In this document: one piece after another, positions 29,237 through 36,944 of the stretch
How positions within the stretch are numbered: position 1 is the first letter of the stretch
Layout of the letters: each line of letters begins with the position of its first letter
Assembly: GCA_902624095.1 (NCBI GenBank)
Contig: CACNWB010000005.1
Span: forward strand, 7,886 to 71,885
Length of the DNA stretch: 64,000 nucleotides
Source: an uncultured PS1 clade bacterium
GTDB lineage: Bacteria > Pseudomonadota > Alphaproteobacteria > RS24
Direction: 5' to 3'
Program-made: the position numbers and the translations under genes
Notes under the pieces: generated by a model
Seen by the model: the letters and a program-made list of their open reading frames with translations, nothing else
What the model was told of the DNA's origin: nothing
Databases searched by the model: none

Positions 29237-29821
29237 TTATTTGAGGGCGATACCACATTGGGCGAACACCTCCGGTGCGTTATTAGTGAATGTGAGGTTG
29301 TATTTCTTTTTCACCTTGAAATAAATCTCAACATAGGCACAGCGGTTTTTGATCTCATAATCCATGCCCCTGCCATCACCGCTCTTTCTGAAAAAGTCCT
29401 TCGGCGTGCTTGATCCCTTAGAGCTGTTTATACGTTTGCAGCTGGGCACATGATTGGATTTGTCATTTGCAAACCGCGCTTTTTTGAATGACGACCAGTT
29501 AAAACCACCGCTTTCGTGCGCATCTTTTAGAGACACAACATGGTCGGTATTGGTCGGGCATTTCATGCCGGTGTAAAACCCGGTCGATATATTGGTGGGG
29601 TAACTGCGGTAAGAATATAAATCCCTCGAATAGGGAGTGTGACGAGGCGACTTATCACGAGCCTCAGTATCGGGGGTGTCGGGTGTGTCTGAATTTCTGT
29701 GACAATGGTATTGACCCTTTTTAAGGTCTTTGTGGCATCCGTCACTGTTCAGGCCACCGCCAAGTGCTCCGGCAGGGCCAGAGCAAACAATGCTTATAAA
29801 TATGAACAAACGAACCGGCAC
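29237..29821 (-). CDS. secreted YHYH-motif + HNH/DUF1524-like nuclease
   Basis: It has a signal peptide, then DGCHKDLKKGQYHCH (a YHYH-type motif). Next comes DHVVSLKDAHESGG...W...RFANDKSNHVPSCKRINSSKG, an HNH-like DUF1524 nuclease pattern. The start is GTG with no obvious RBS. Confidence 0.7.
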   Translation of the reverse strand: MPVRLFIFISIVCSGPAGALGGGLNSDGCHKDLKKGQYHCHRNSDTPDTPDTEARDKSPRHTPYSRDLYSYRSYPTNISTGFYTGMKCPTNTDHVVSLKDAHESGGFNWSSFKKARFANDKSNHVPSCKRINSSKGSSTPKDFFRKSGDGRGMDYEIKNRCAYVEIYFKVKKKYNLTFTNNAPEVFAQCGIALK

Positions 29822-29829
29822 AAATCAAA

Positions 29830-29916
29830 AAACAACTAACAACAACCCTTTCAGGCTACTTTTGAAATCCTCTCTTATCAAGGCAATGAGGCGGGCCATA
29901 TGCCCGATATTCAACC
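29830..29916. repeat. copy B of the ~87-bp intergenic direct repeat (partner at 27782-27868)
   Basis: See copy A. Copy B lies immediately upstream of the nuclease gene and about 120 bp from tRNA-Phe. Confidence 0.85.
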
Positions 29917-30034
29917 GTAGGAGTAAAGCTTCTCTACCTTATTTTCCGCCCATTTTCAGGCCGGCCACGCATCTGGACAGGGCACTGGTAATGACATATA
30001 AACCAAGGTCTTGACGCGCGTTCCGTGTCTCATC

Positions 30035-30110
<76 letters not shown>

Positions 30111-30271
30111 TTGTTCCTCATTTTAATAATATGCGACGTTAAGTGCCCAAGAGCATTAAGGACTGAAAAAAAATTATCGATTGCTCTTGCCAAAAATAGC
30201 GAAGCCATCGATGCTTGGATCAGTGAAAAAAACGGGGTTTACAGACAAATACCAGTGACTTGGGAGCAGAT

Positions 30272-30709
30272 ATGGACCACAAAATAGGTGTTATTCCCAT
30301 GGCCACTCGAGGCCAGCGTATTGCACTGATGTTTGTAACATCACAACAGCGAGGGCGTTGGATTTTACCAAAAGGTAATTTGGCGGCTAACGAAACCCAT
30401 GCCGACGGCTGCAAACGCGAAGCTTTTGAAGAAGCCGGCATTAGGGGAAATATTATTACCGATTTTCCGATAACAGCTGCCATCGGCAAATCATCCGCGC
30501 AGGGCATTGTGCAGACTGCCGTTACTTATTATCCGTTTTTGGTGACTGAGCAACTTAGTGATTGGCCGGAAAAAGCCAAACGCGAACGCCACTGGGTTCT
30601 TTTGCGCGACGCACCACACATCACCGACCGCGATGATTTCAGAACCTTAATCAAGCAATTTGAGGCTATTTCACCGGCAGTGTTAAAGTCTGTAGAACAT
30701 AAAATATAG
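30272..30709 (+). CDS. NUDIX hydrolase
   Basis: The Nudix box is GNLAANETHADGCKREAFEEAGIRG (GX5EX7REUXEEXGU). I chose ATG 30272. It overlaps the convergent PiT gene by 44 nt. Confidence 0.8.
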   Translation: MDHKIGVIPMATRGQRIALMFVTSQQRGRWILPKGNLAANETHADGCKREAFEEAGIRGNIITDFPITAAIGKSSAQGIVQTAVTYYPFLVTEQLSDWPEKAKRERHWVLLRDAPHITDRDDFRTLIKQFEAISPAVLKSVEHKI

Positions 30710-32171
30710 CTGCTGCGATACTGGCTGATGCAGGAACAGTAATGACCCAGGCCGCAGCAATGGAAACCACAAAGCGTCGGCGCACCAGCTTTCGCTTTTG
30801 GCGGTGATTGGTGTTGTTAAAGGCATCGTCCGCCGTGTGGTTGAGTCTATGACTTGGCTTAATGCGCCTTTTATTCGGATTTTCGACATATTCGCGCAAG
30901 AAACCAATGCCGAAAATAGCGCCAATGGCAATGTGGGTTGAACTGACGGGGAGACCCAAAGCGGTCGCCAACAAAACGGTCACAGCTGAGGCCAGTGCCA
31001 CACAGTAAGCGCGCGGCGCATTAAGTCGCGTGATTTTTTCACCCACCGTATTGATGAGCTTTGGACCGAATAAAAACAAGCCCAGAGCCAAGCCCAGCGC
31101 ACCAATAAGCATAACCCAAAACGGCACAGCGACTTTTGCCTCAACCGTGCTAGTAGCGAAAGTGGATACAATGGCGGCAAGTGGGCCGACAGCATTAGCG
31201 ACATCATTAGCACCATGCGCAAAACATAAAAGCGAAACACCTATAATAAGGGGCACATTGAAAAGATGATGAATATCCTTTCGGCGATTTTGCAAAGGCT
31301 GGGCTGCGGCCCGAATATAGGGAACCGATACGGCCCAAGTGGCAAGAAAAGCCAGGCCTGAAAAAATTAGAATTTCGTCAGCATCGGGTTTCCAAATTTT
31401 CTTCAGGCCTTTCATCGCCATATAGGCGACAAAGGCAGCAGCCATCAGACCAATAAGAATCGGTACCCATTTTTTGGCCGCTTGTAATTTATTATCGACC
31501 CGCAATATTTTGACTTTTATAAATAATAAAAGACTGGCGGCAGCAATGCCCCCTAGTACAGGCGAAATAACCCAGCTTGCCGCTATCTTGCTCATGGTCA
31601 CCCAATTCACCAGACCAACGCCCGCACCGGCAATTCCTGCACCCAACACACCACCCACAATAGAGTGGGTTGTTGAGACTGGGGCATTAAGGTAGGTCGC
31701 TAAATTTATCCATAAAGCTGCTGCCAACAGGGCGCCCAACATAAGATTTCTAAAAGCATCGACACTGACGCCGCTGCTCGGGTCAATAATCCCCTTTGCT
31801 ACAGTTTTTACCACATCACCACCTGCCAGAAGCGCACCTGCGCTCTCACATACAGCTGCAATAACCACCGCGGTGCCAATGGTCAAAACGCGCCCGCCAA
31901 CAGCCGGACCCATATTATTCGCTACATCATTGGCCCCAATATTCAGCGCCATATAAGCGCCAATAGCTGATGCCGCGACCAGTATAATTATGTTTTCAGT
32001 TGATACATCTAAGTTCAAAAAGCCCCAATATCCGGCAGCAACAAGAAAAATGATCGATACCAAAAAGGGAAAGCGGCCAAAGCGCATCGATGCCGTTTGC
32101 CGTTTGCCGAATTCCAGCTTGCGCAAGTCATTTACGTAACGATTTTCAAGCTTTTTAGGAGCATCAGTCAT
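30666..32171 (-). CDS. inorganic phosphate transporter, PiT family
   Basis: It has the duplicated GANDVANxxGP signature (GANDVANNMGPAVG and GANDVANAVGPLAA) and is multi-TM. The start is set at ATG 32171, which trims 41 aa from the tracked ORF. Confidence 0.9.
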   Translation of the reverse strand: MTDAPKKLENRYVNDLRKLEFGKRQTASMRFGRFPFLVSIIFLVAAGYWGFLNLDVSTENIIILVAASAIGAYMALNIGANDVANNMGPAVGGRVLTIGTAVVIAAVCESAGALLAGGDVVKTVAKGIIDPSSGVSVDAFRNLMLGALLAAALWINLATYLNAPVSTTHSIVGGVLGAGIAGAGVGLVNWVTMSKIAASWVISPVLGGIAAASLLLFIKVKILRVDNKLQAAKKWVPILIGLMAAAFVAYMAMKGLKKIWKPDADEILIFSGLAFLATWAVSVPYIRAAAQPLQNRRKDIHHLFNVPLIIGVSLLCFAHGANDVANAVGPLAAIVSTFATSTVEAKVAVPFWVMLIGALGLALGLFLFGPKLINTVGEKITRLNAPRAYCVALASAVTVLLATALGLPVSSTHIAIGAIFGIGFLREYVENPNKRRIKPSHRLNHTADDAFNNTNHRQKRKLVRRRFVVSIAAAWVITVPASASIAAAIFYVLQTLTLPVK

Positions 32172-32414
32172 GACAAGAAATCCGTAACTGTTTTTATATT
32201 TATGAACTACGATTCGTACAGTGTGTACAAAAACATATCGTTTTTTTCCAAAAAATTTACTTTCCGAAGAGCCAGTTGCTTGGGAAAAAACCAAAAAATA
32301 GTCTGAGATTAGTTAAGCAGTCGCGCTTATAAAACCCACCGTCCGTCCGGTTGTTCCAGAAATTCATCTGACGGGCTAGCTCCGTCTTTTCACGGCGCAC
32401 GAATTCATCACAGT

Positions 32415-33650
32415 TTATTTTTTAGCAGCAGTGGATTTTGAGTCCACGAAGGCAGACAGCCCACTATAGAATGCATGGGTCTGATCGTCATATTTTTCTA
32501 CCCAGTCTTCTGGCCATGCGCTGGCTCTAGCAACCACAAGTTCGCGTGCGGGGTCAATGAAAATACTCTGTCCGCGGCTACCATCCGCCTGAAAGGTTCG
32601 ATCAGCAAATGTCCACCAATGCCAACCATATCCCTTTCGCCAGTTCTTATCGACTTTGCCATGGGCCAAATGGGCTTCGGTTGTTGTCGTCGCATCGGCT
32701 AGCCAGTTGTCTGGTAAAAGCGGTTCGCTTTCCCATACGCCATCACGGCTGATGAAGAGACCAAAGCGCGCCCAATCGCCAAGCGTCGCGTTAAAAAATG
32801 CTCCACCTATTTCCCGGCCACCACTGCCAGGCCGATCGATCACCCATGATGCATCGTGCTTCATCCCAAGGGGTTGCCAGATTTTCTGAGACATATAGTC
32901 GGCGGCATCCATTTTGGTTGTGCGAGCAAGTAACTCGAGTAGGATTTGTGTTTCGGCAGTGTTATAATTGAATACTGTACCCGGAGTCGATACGCGCGGA
33001 AACCGAAGGGCAGCTTCGAAAGCTGACTTATTATTCAGTATAATCGCAGTCAACCCCCAGTTGACTGTATCATCTGCCTCACCCTTTAGGGGGTCGTCAA
33101 ATTGAATGCCAGACGACATTTGCAATGCTTGCTTGATAGTAACACCGGCGTAGGCGGTATTTGCCAACTCCGGCAGATAAGCTTCCAGCTTGTCATTGAC
33201 GCTGGAAATTAAGCCGTCTTTTACGGCAAATCCAATTAGGGTTGAGACGAGCGATTTGACAAGTGAATAGGTGGTAAAATGGCTATGCGGACCGCTTCCC
33301 TCGCTATAATTTTCATAAATTACCGCGCCCTTATGAACCACAATAAGCCCGAGCGTTTCCATATCATGCATCATGCTTTCAATGGTGTGCGATTGACCCT
33401 CGAAGGTGTAATTGAACCCAGTCAAGAAATCTGAATCGTTGTCAAATCTGAATGTTTTGTCACCTCGGGCGACAATACGGGTGGGAAACAATTCGCTGAC
33501 ACTTTGAGCAGTCCACCGAACTTTATTTGGGTCGCTCAGCGCATTAACACGTGCGGTAACATGATGCGGGGGCAGGTAGCGCGCCGTCAGCCCAGTGATA
33601 ATCAACGCACCCAAAATTACGGCGAACAAAAGTTGTGCTACAAATTTCAC
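32415..33650 (-). CDS. membrane-anchored serine hydrolase (beta-lactamase fold)
   Basis: It has an N-terminal TM helix and the SxxK motif YSLVKSLVSTLIG. Confidence 0.8.
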   Translation of the reverse strand: MKFVAQLLFAVILGALIITGLTARYLPPHHVTARVNALSDPNKVRWTAQSVSELFPTRIVARGDKTFRFDNDSDFLTGFNYTFEGQSHTIESMMHDMETLGLIVVHKGAVIYENYSEGSGPHSHFTTYSLVKSLVSTLIGFAVKDGLISSVNDKLEAYLPELANTAYAGVTIKQALQMSSGIQFDDPLKGEADDTVNWGLTAIILNNKSAFEAALRFPRVSTPGTVFNYNTAETQILLELLARTTKMDAADYMSQKIWQPLGMKHDASWVIDRPGSGGREIGGAFFNATLGDWARFGLFISRDGVWESEPLLPDNWLADATTTTEAHLAHGKVDKNWRKGYGWHWWTFADRTFQADGSRGQSIFIDPARELVVARASAWPEDWVEKYDDQTHAFYSGLSAFVDSKSTAAKK

Positions 33651-33770
33651 GAAGGCATCCTTGCTGGTTTACGACTTCGAATTAACTATAAACCAATAAA
33701 AATGATAAGCCATGCTTTGAGCAGCTTGGCACCACCGTATGAGCACCCGCCCGACCCGTTCTAAAGGTTC

Positions 33771-35057
33771 TTATCCTGTTTTAAGACCGCCTAAGTCCAC
33801 TTCAATAAACTTACCACCATGCTCAGCTAATTTAACAAGTGTTTGAGCGGGCTTTATGCTGTCATCACCCGCCGCCAAGGCTCGCATTGTAGCAAGAATT
33901 TTTTCAGCACCAATCAAATCACCATAAAACATTGGGCCGCCTGTATTACCGGGCCAGCCGTAGCCGAACGACCAAATCACATCGATATCACTGGCTCTTT
34001 GCGCTTTATTCTCTTCCAAAATGACCAGCGCTTCGTTGATCATGGGGTGTAACAGTCTTGCCAGTATGTCTTCCTGCAACACACCCAAGCTACCCGCTTC
34101 GATGCCCGTAACATCAGCGATAATACCTTCAGTGACTTTGCTGGGGCTACGTTGGCGGTTGTCGTCATAGTCATAATAACCGGCGCCCGTTTTTTGGCCA
34201 CGCCGATTCAATTCACATAATTGGTCGCGGATGGCATTTCCGGTTTTCGCTCCCTTTTTCCAACCAATATCAAGTCCGGCTAGATCGGACATTTGAAATG
34301 GACCCATCTTAAAACCAAAGGCATTGAAGGCATCGTCTACCTCCCATGGCAGCACCCCTTCACTAAGCAGTTTTTGTGCCTCGCTCTGGCGGGCAGCCAA
34401 AATACGATTGCCGACAAAACCAGGACAAACCCCGACGAGGGTTGCCACCTTGCCAATAGCAACTGCCAACGCCATAGAGGTCGCAACGACATCATCAGCG
34501 GTCCTATCAGCACGGACGATTTCCAAAAGCTTCATGACATTGGCAGGCGAGAAGAAATGAAGGCCGATTACATCCTGAGGCCGCGACGTGACGGCAGCTA
34601 TTTCGTCTATATTCAGTGCCGAGGTGTTGGTCGCTAAAATTGCATCTGCTTTACAAATTTTGTCTAGCTCAGAAAAAATTCGCTTTTTTAAGTCCATATC
34701 TTCGAAAACAGCTTCGATAACCAAGTCGCAGTCAACTAATTTTTCTATTTCAAGTGCACCCTCGATGCGCGCCATGCGCTCATCGACTTCATCTTGCGCG
34801 AAGCGGCCGCGGTCAGCAGATCGCTGATAATTATTTCGCACAACGTTGAGCCCACGCGTTAACGCGTCTTCTCGAGCTTCGACAATGGTGACAGGAATGC
34901 TCGCGGTGGCAAAGTTCATTGCTATGCCTCCACCCATTGTTCCGGCTCCAATAATTCCGACCTTTTTAATGGGCCGCAATGCTATTTTGTCGGGCAGTCC
35001 ATTGATAATTCGCGCCGCCTTGGCAGCTTCACTCATGTAGGCAACTACGTCATTCAT
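33771..35057 (-). CDS. 3-hydroxyacyl-CoA dehydrogenase (NAD-binding, no hydratase domain)
   Basis: It has the Rossmann motif VGIIGAGTMGGGIAMNFA. The HFFSPANVMKLLEIV block and the C-terminal dimerisation repeat are also present. Confidence 0.9.
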   Translation of the reverse strand: MNDVVAYMSEAAKAARIINGLPDKIALRPIKKVGIIGAGTMGGGIAMNFATASIPVTIVEAREDALTRGLNVVRNNYQRSADRGRFAQDEVDERMARIEGALEIEKLVDCDLVIEAVFEDMDLKKRIFSELDKICKADAILATNTSALNIDEIAAVTSRPQDVIGLHFFSPANVMKLLEIVRADRTADDVVATSMALAVAIGKVATLVGVCPGFVGNRILAARQSEAQKLLSEGVLPWEVDDAFNAFGFKMGPFQMSDLAGLDIGWKKGAKTGNAIRDQLCELNRRGQKTGAGYYDYDDNRQRSPSKVTEGIIADVTGIEAGSLGVLQEDILARLLHPMINEALVILEENKAQRASDIDVIWSFGYGWPGNTGGPMFYGDLIGAEKILATMRALAAGDDSIKPAQTLVKLAEHGGKFIEVDLGGLKTG

Positions 35058-35293
35058 CCTGTTCCCCCTAAACTAATAAACTAGTTTGAATTCCACGCTT
35101 CATCCCATCAAGTCCTGTATTCGGAATTCTTGAATGGAACGCCCTTAACTTTTCCACCATCAGTGGAGTGTGTGCGAGATCGTGAGGAATGTCACTATGC
35201 CTAGAACTGTTAGACCAATGACCGTGTTATACGCAGGATTGTCATTGACCCTAAAAGGTTTCTATTTGGCGCTTGTTTAGGCGCCCGGGCCTA

Positions 35294-35425
35294 TCAACAC
35301 CCGCCAGATTCTTCCGGCGGTGCGGCGATGGTGATTTCCGCTTCAAATTTTTTACTCGTCAAAAAAGAGGCGACGATCAAGCCGCCAATAAAGAGCAGCG
35401 CTAGTTTAAAATAAAATTTCGGCAT
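35294..35425 (-). CDS. possible 43-aa single-TM protein (below ORF-track cutoff)
   Basis: MPKFYFKLALLFIGGLIVASFLTSKKFEAEITIAAPPEESGGC starts at an ATG. It sits 58 nt downstream of the distal DUF1329 gene on the same strand. The RBS is weak. Confidence 0.3.
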   Translation of the reverse strand: MPKFYFKLALLFIGGLIVASFLTSKKFEAEITIAAPPEESGGC

Positions 35426-35483
35426 GGTTTTCCGCTATTTCAGTCTATGAAACGCTTCAAAGCTCGCATTTCCGTCTTAATTT

Positions 35484-36860
35484 CTAGATTCCGAGGCGGC
35501 GCAGTGACCCTACTGTGAGATATTTATCATATAAAGACGGGTCATTAACCTTCATCGAATATCCGCCCTGCAATTTGGAAGCTTGAGCGAGGCGTGTCAT
35601 GCGCCCAGACTGCGCGTCATATGCGTGGACCCTGGTCCAGGACCAGTATGGGTTCTTACCATTCATGACCTTCTTTCCATTGGCTTCGTAGACAGAATAG
35701 GCGCCATCAAATGACTTGAATACCTGGCCCTTCCGGTCAAAGGTCACCATCGATATTGGTGATTGTGTGCGAGCATCGAACCAGACCCGTTTCTTGCCGA
35801 CTGGTGCGCGCGAAAAACCAGTTGGTTCAGCTTCCACCACGATTGCTTCAGGAACTAATTGAACTTTAGTATCCCAGAACATCGCATTCTCATTGCCACC
35901 ATGTGTCGTATGGCCCCAATTATCGTCTTTACCAGTCCAGCTATCTGCCACAGCGGCTAAGTAAGGCCCACGGTGAACTACCTTGAAGTTGCCCCAAAGT
36001 AAAAAAGGATCTCCGGCTGCCCAGGCGTCTGAAAGATAGAGTGTATTTCCAGCAATCAATGGCTCAAAGCGCTGATTGGTTGGGAACCGGCGCACACGCT
36101 TAAATGCTGGCAGATAGCCGTGCAATTCAGGAAACTTGCGTTGGTCATAGTGCCAAATATTCAAAAAAGAGGTGCCGGCAACATCATTGGGCTTCATGAA
36201 TATTATATTTTGGTAACGCAACTTGTCTTCGTGACCGGGCCAATATGGTTTGGGATCTATTGTCACACGCCCAGTAGCTTGATACTCGATCCAAACAGCC
36301 TCGTATTTATAAGTAATATTACCATCCGCATCTAAATCGGTTTCCTTTACTGGGTAGAGGGATGCATCATGGCGACCCCAGGACAGCGTCGCATTGGCAA
36401 ATACTTCAGTGCCATTTTTTGGATTTGGAAACGGCGTGCCGCCGATCCAAGGTTTTCCATCTTTAGTCGTTACATTGCCATCAGAATCAAAGGTCGCCTT
36501 TCCGCTATTACGGAATGTTGCTTCGAGATAATCATGCGGATTAAGACGATATAAATCAGTTGTCTGGGGCATGACATTTAAAATTCTGCCCAACTCCTTG
36601 ACCTGAAGATATTGAATTGGATCGAGTAGATCTTTAACGAAATCAACGTTGTTTGCGTCAATGGTTCCGGTGTCGGATATTTTCCCACCAGTATAAGCAT
36701 CCAGAGACAAGAGTTCCTCAGGATAGGCTCTTGAATGGTCACCATCCTCAGCCAAAACCGACCACAATGGCGAAAGCACGCCCATAGAAGCGCCGGCAAC
36801 GCCGAGGGTTTTGATGAACTGCCGCCTTGAAAAGTCACTTGTGTATTTTTTTATACGCAT
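35484..36860 (-). CDS. DUF1329 family periplasmic protein, paralog 1, with twin-arginine signal
   Basis: The Tat motif is SRRQFIKTLGVAGA. Conserved DUF1329 blocks such as GYLPAFKRVRRFPTNQRFEPL and YLSDAWAAGDP are present. By eye it is about 50% identical to the 39863-41248 product. Confidence 0.85.
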   Translation of the reverse strand: MRIKKYTSDFSRRQFIKTLGVAGASMGVLSPLWSVLAEDGDHSRAYPEELLSLDAYTGGKISDTGTIDANNVDFVKDLLDPIQYLQVKELGRILNVMPQTTDLYRLNPHDYLEATFRNSGKATFDSDGNVTTKDGKPWIGGTPFPNPKNGTEVFANATLSWGRHDASLYPVKETDLDADGNITYKYEAVWIEYQATGRVTIDPKPYWPGHEDKLRYQNIIFMKPNDVAGTSFLNIWHYDQRKFPELHGYLPAFKRVRRFPTNQRFEPLIAGNTLYLSDAWAAGDPFLLWGNFKVVHRGPYLAAVADSWTGKDDNWGHTTHGGNENAMFWDTKVQLVPEAIVVEAEPTGFSRAPVGKKRVWFDARTQSPISMVTFDRKGQVFKSFDGAYSVYEANGKKVMNGKNPYWSWTRVHAYDAQSGRMTRLAQASKLQGGYSMKVNDPSLYDKYLTVGSLRRLGI

Positions 36861-36895
36861 GGCTTATTGTTTAGCGGGTTTGCCACAGGGTCAAC

Positions 36896-36924
36896 AAAAA
36901 AATGGCCCGCCGGAGGCGGGCCAT
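36896..36924 (-). terminator. rho-independent terminator between DUF1302 and DUF1329 paralog 1
   Basis: The minus strand reads ATGGCCCGCC-TCC-GGCGGGCCAT followed by TTTTTTTG. That is a perfect 10-bp GC-rich stem with a 3-nt loop. It lies 20 nt after the DUF1302 stop and 35 nt before the next ATG. Confidence 0.8.
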
Positions 36925-36944
36925 TCATTCTTTGGTGACTTCCT

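Noticed and set aside
32215-32230. CGTACAGTGTGTACAA upstream of the PiT gene, considered as a Pho box.
   Set aside because: The repeat spacing (9 nt between the TGTAC units) and the sequence do not fit the 11-nt-phased CTGTCAT-type Pho box. GTAC is self-complementary, so the apparent palindrome is low-information.
33690-33760. A possible third, weaker copy of the 87-bp repeat upstream of the serine hydrolase gene (shared ATAAGCCATGC and CGCCCGAC fragments).
   Set aside because: Only two short patches match, and they need a 14-nt gap. The diagnostic GCTACTTTTGAA block is absent. The similarity is not distinguishable from chance by eye.
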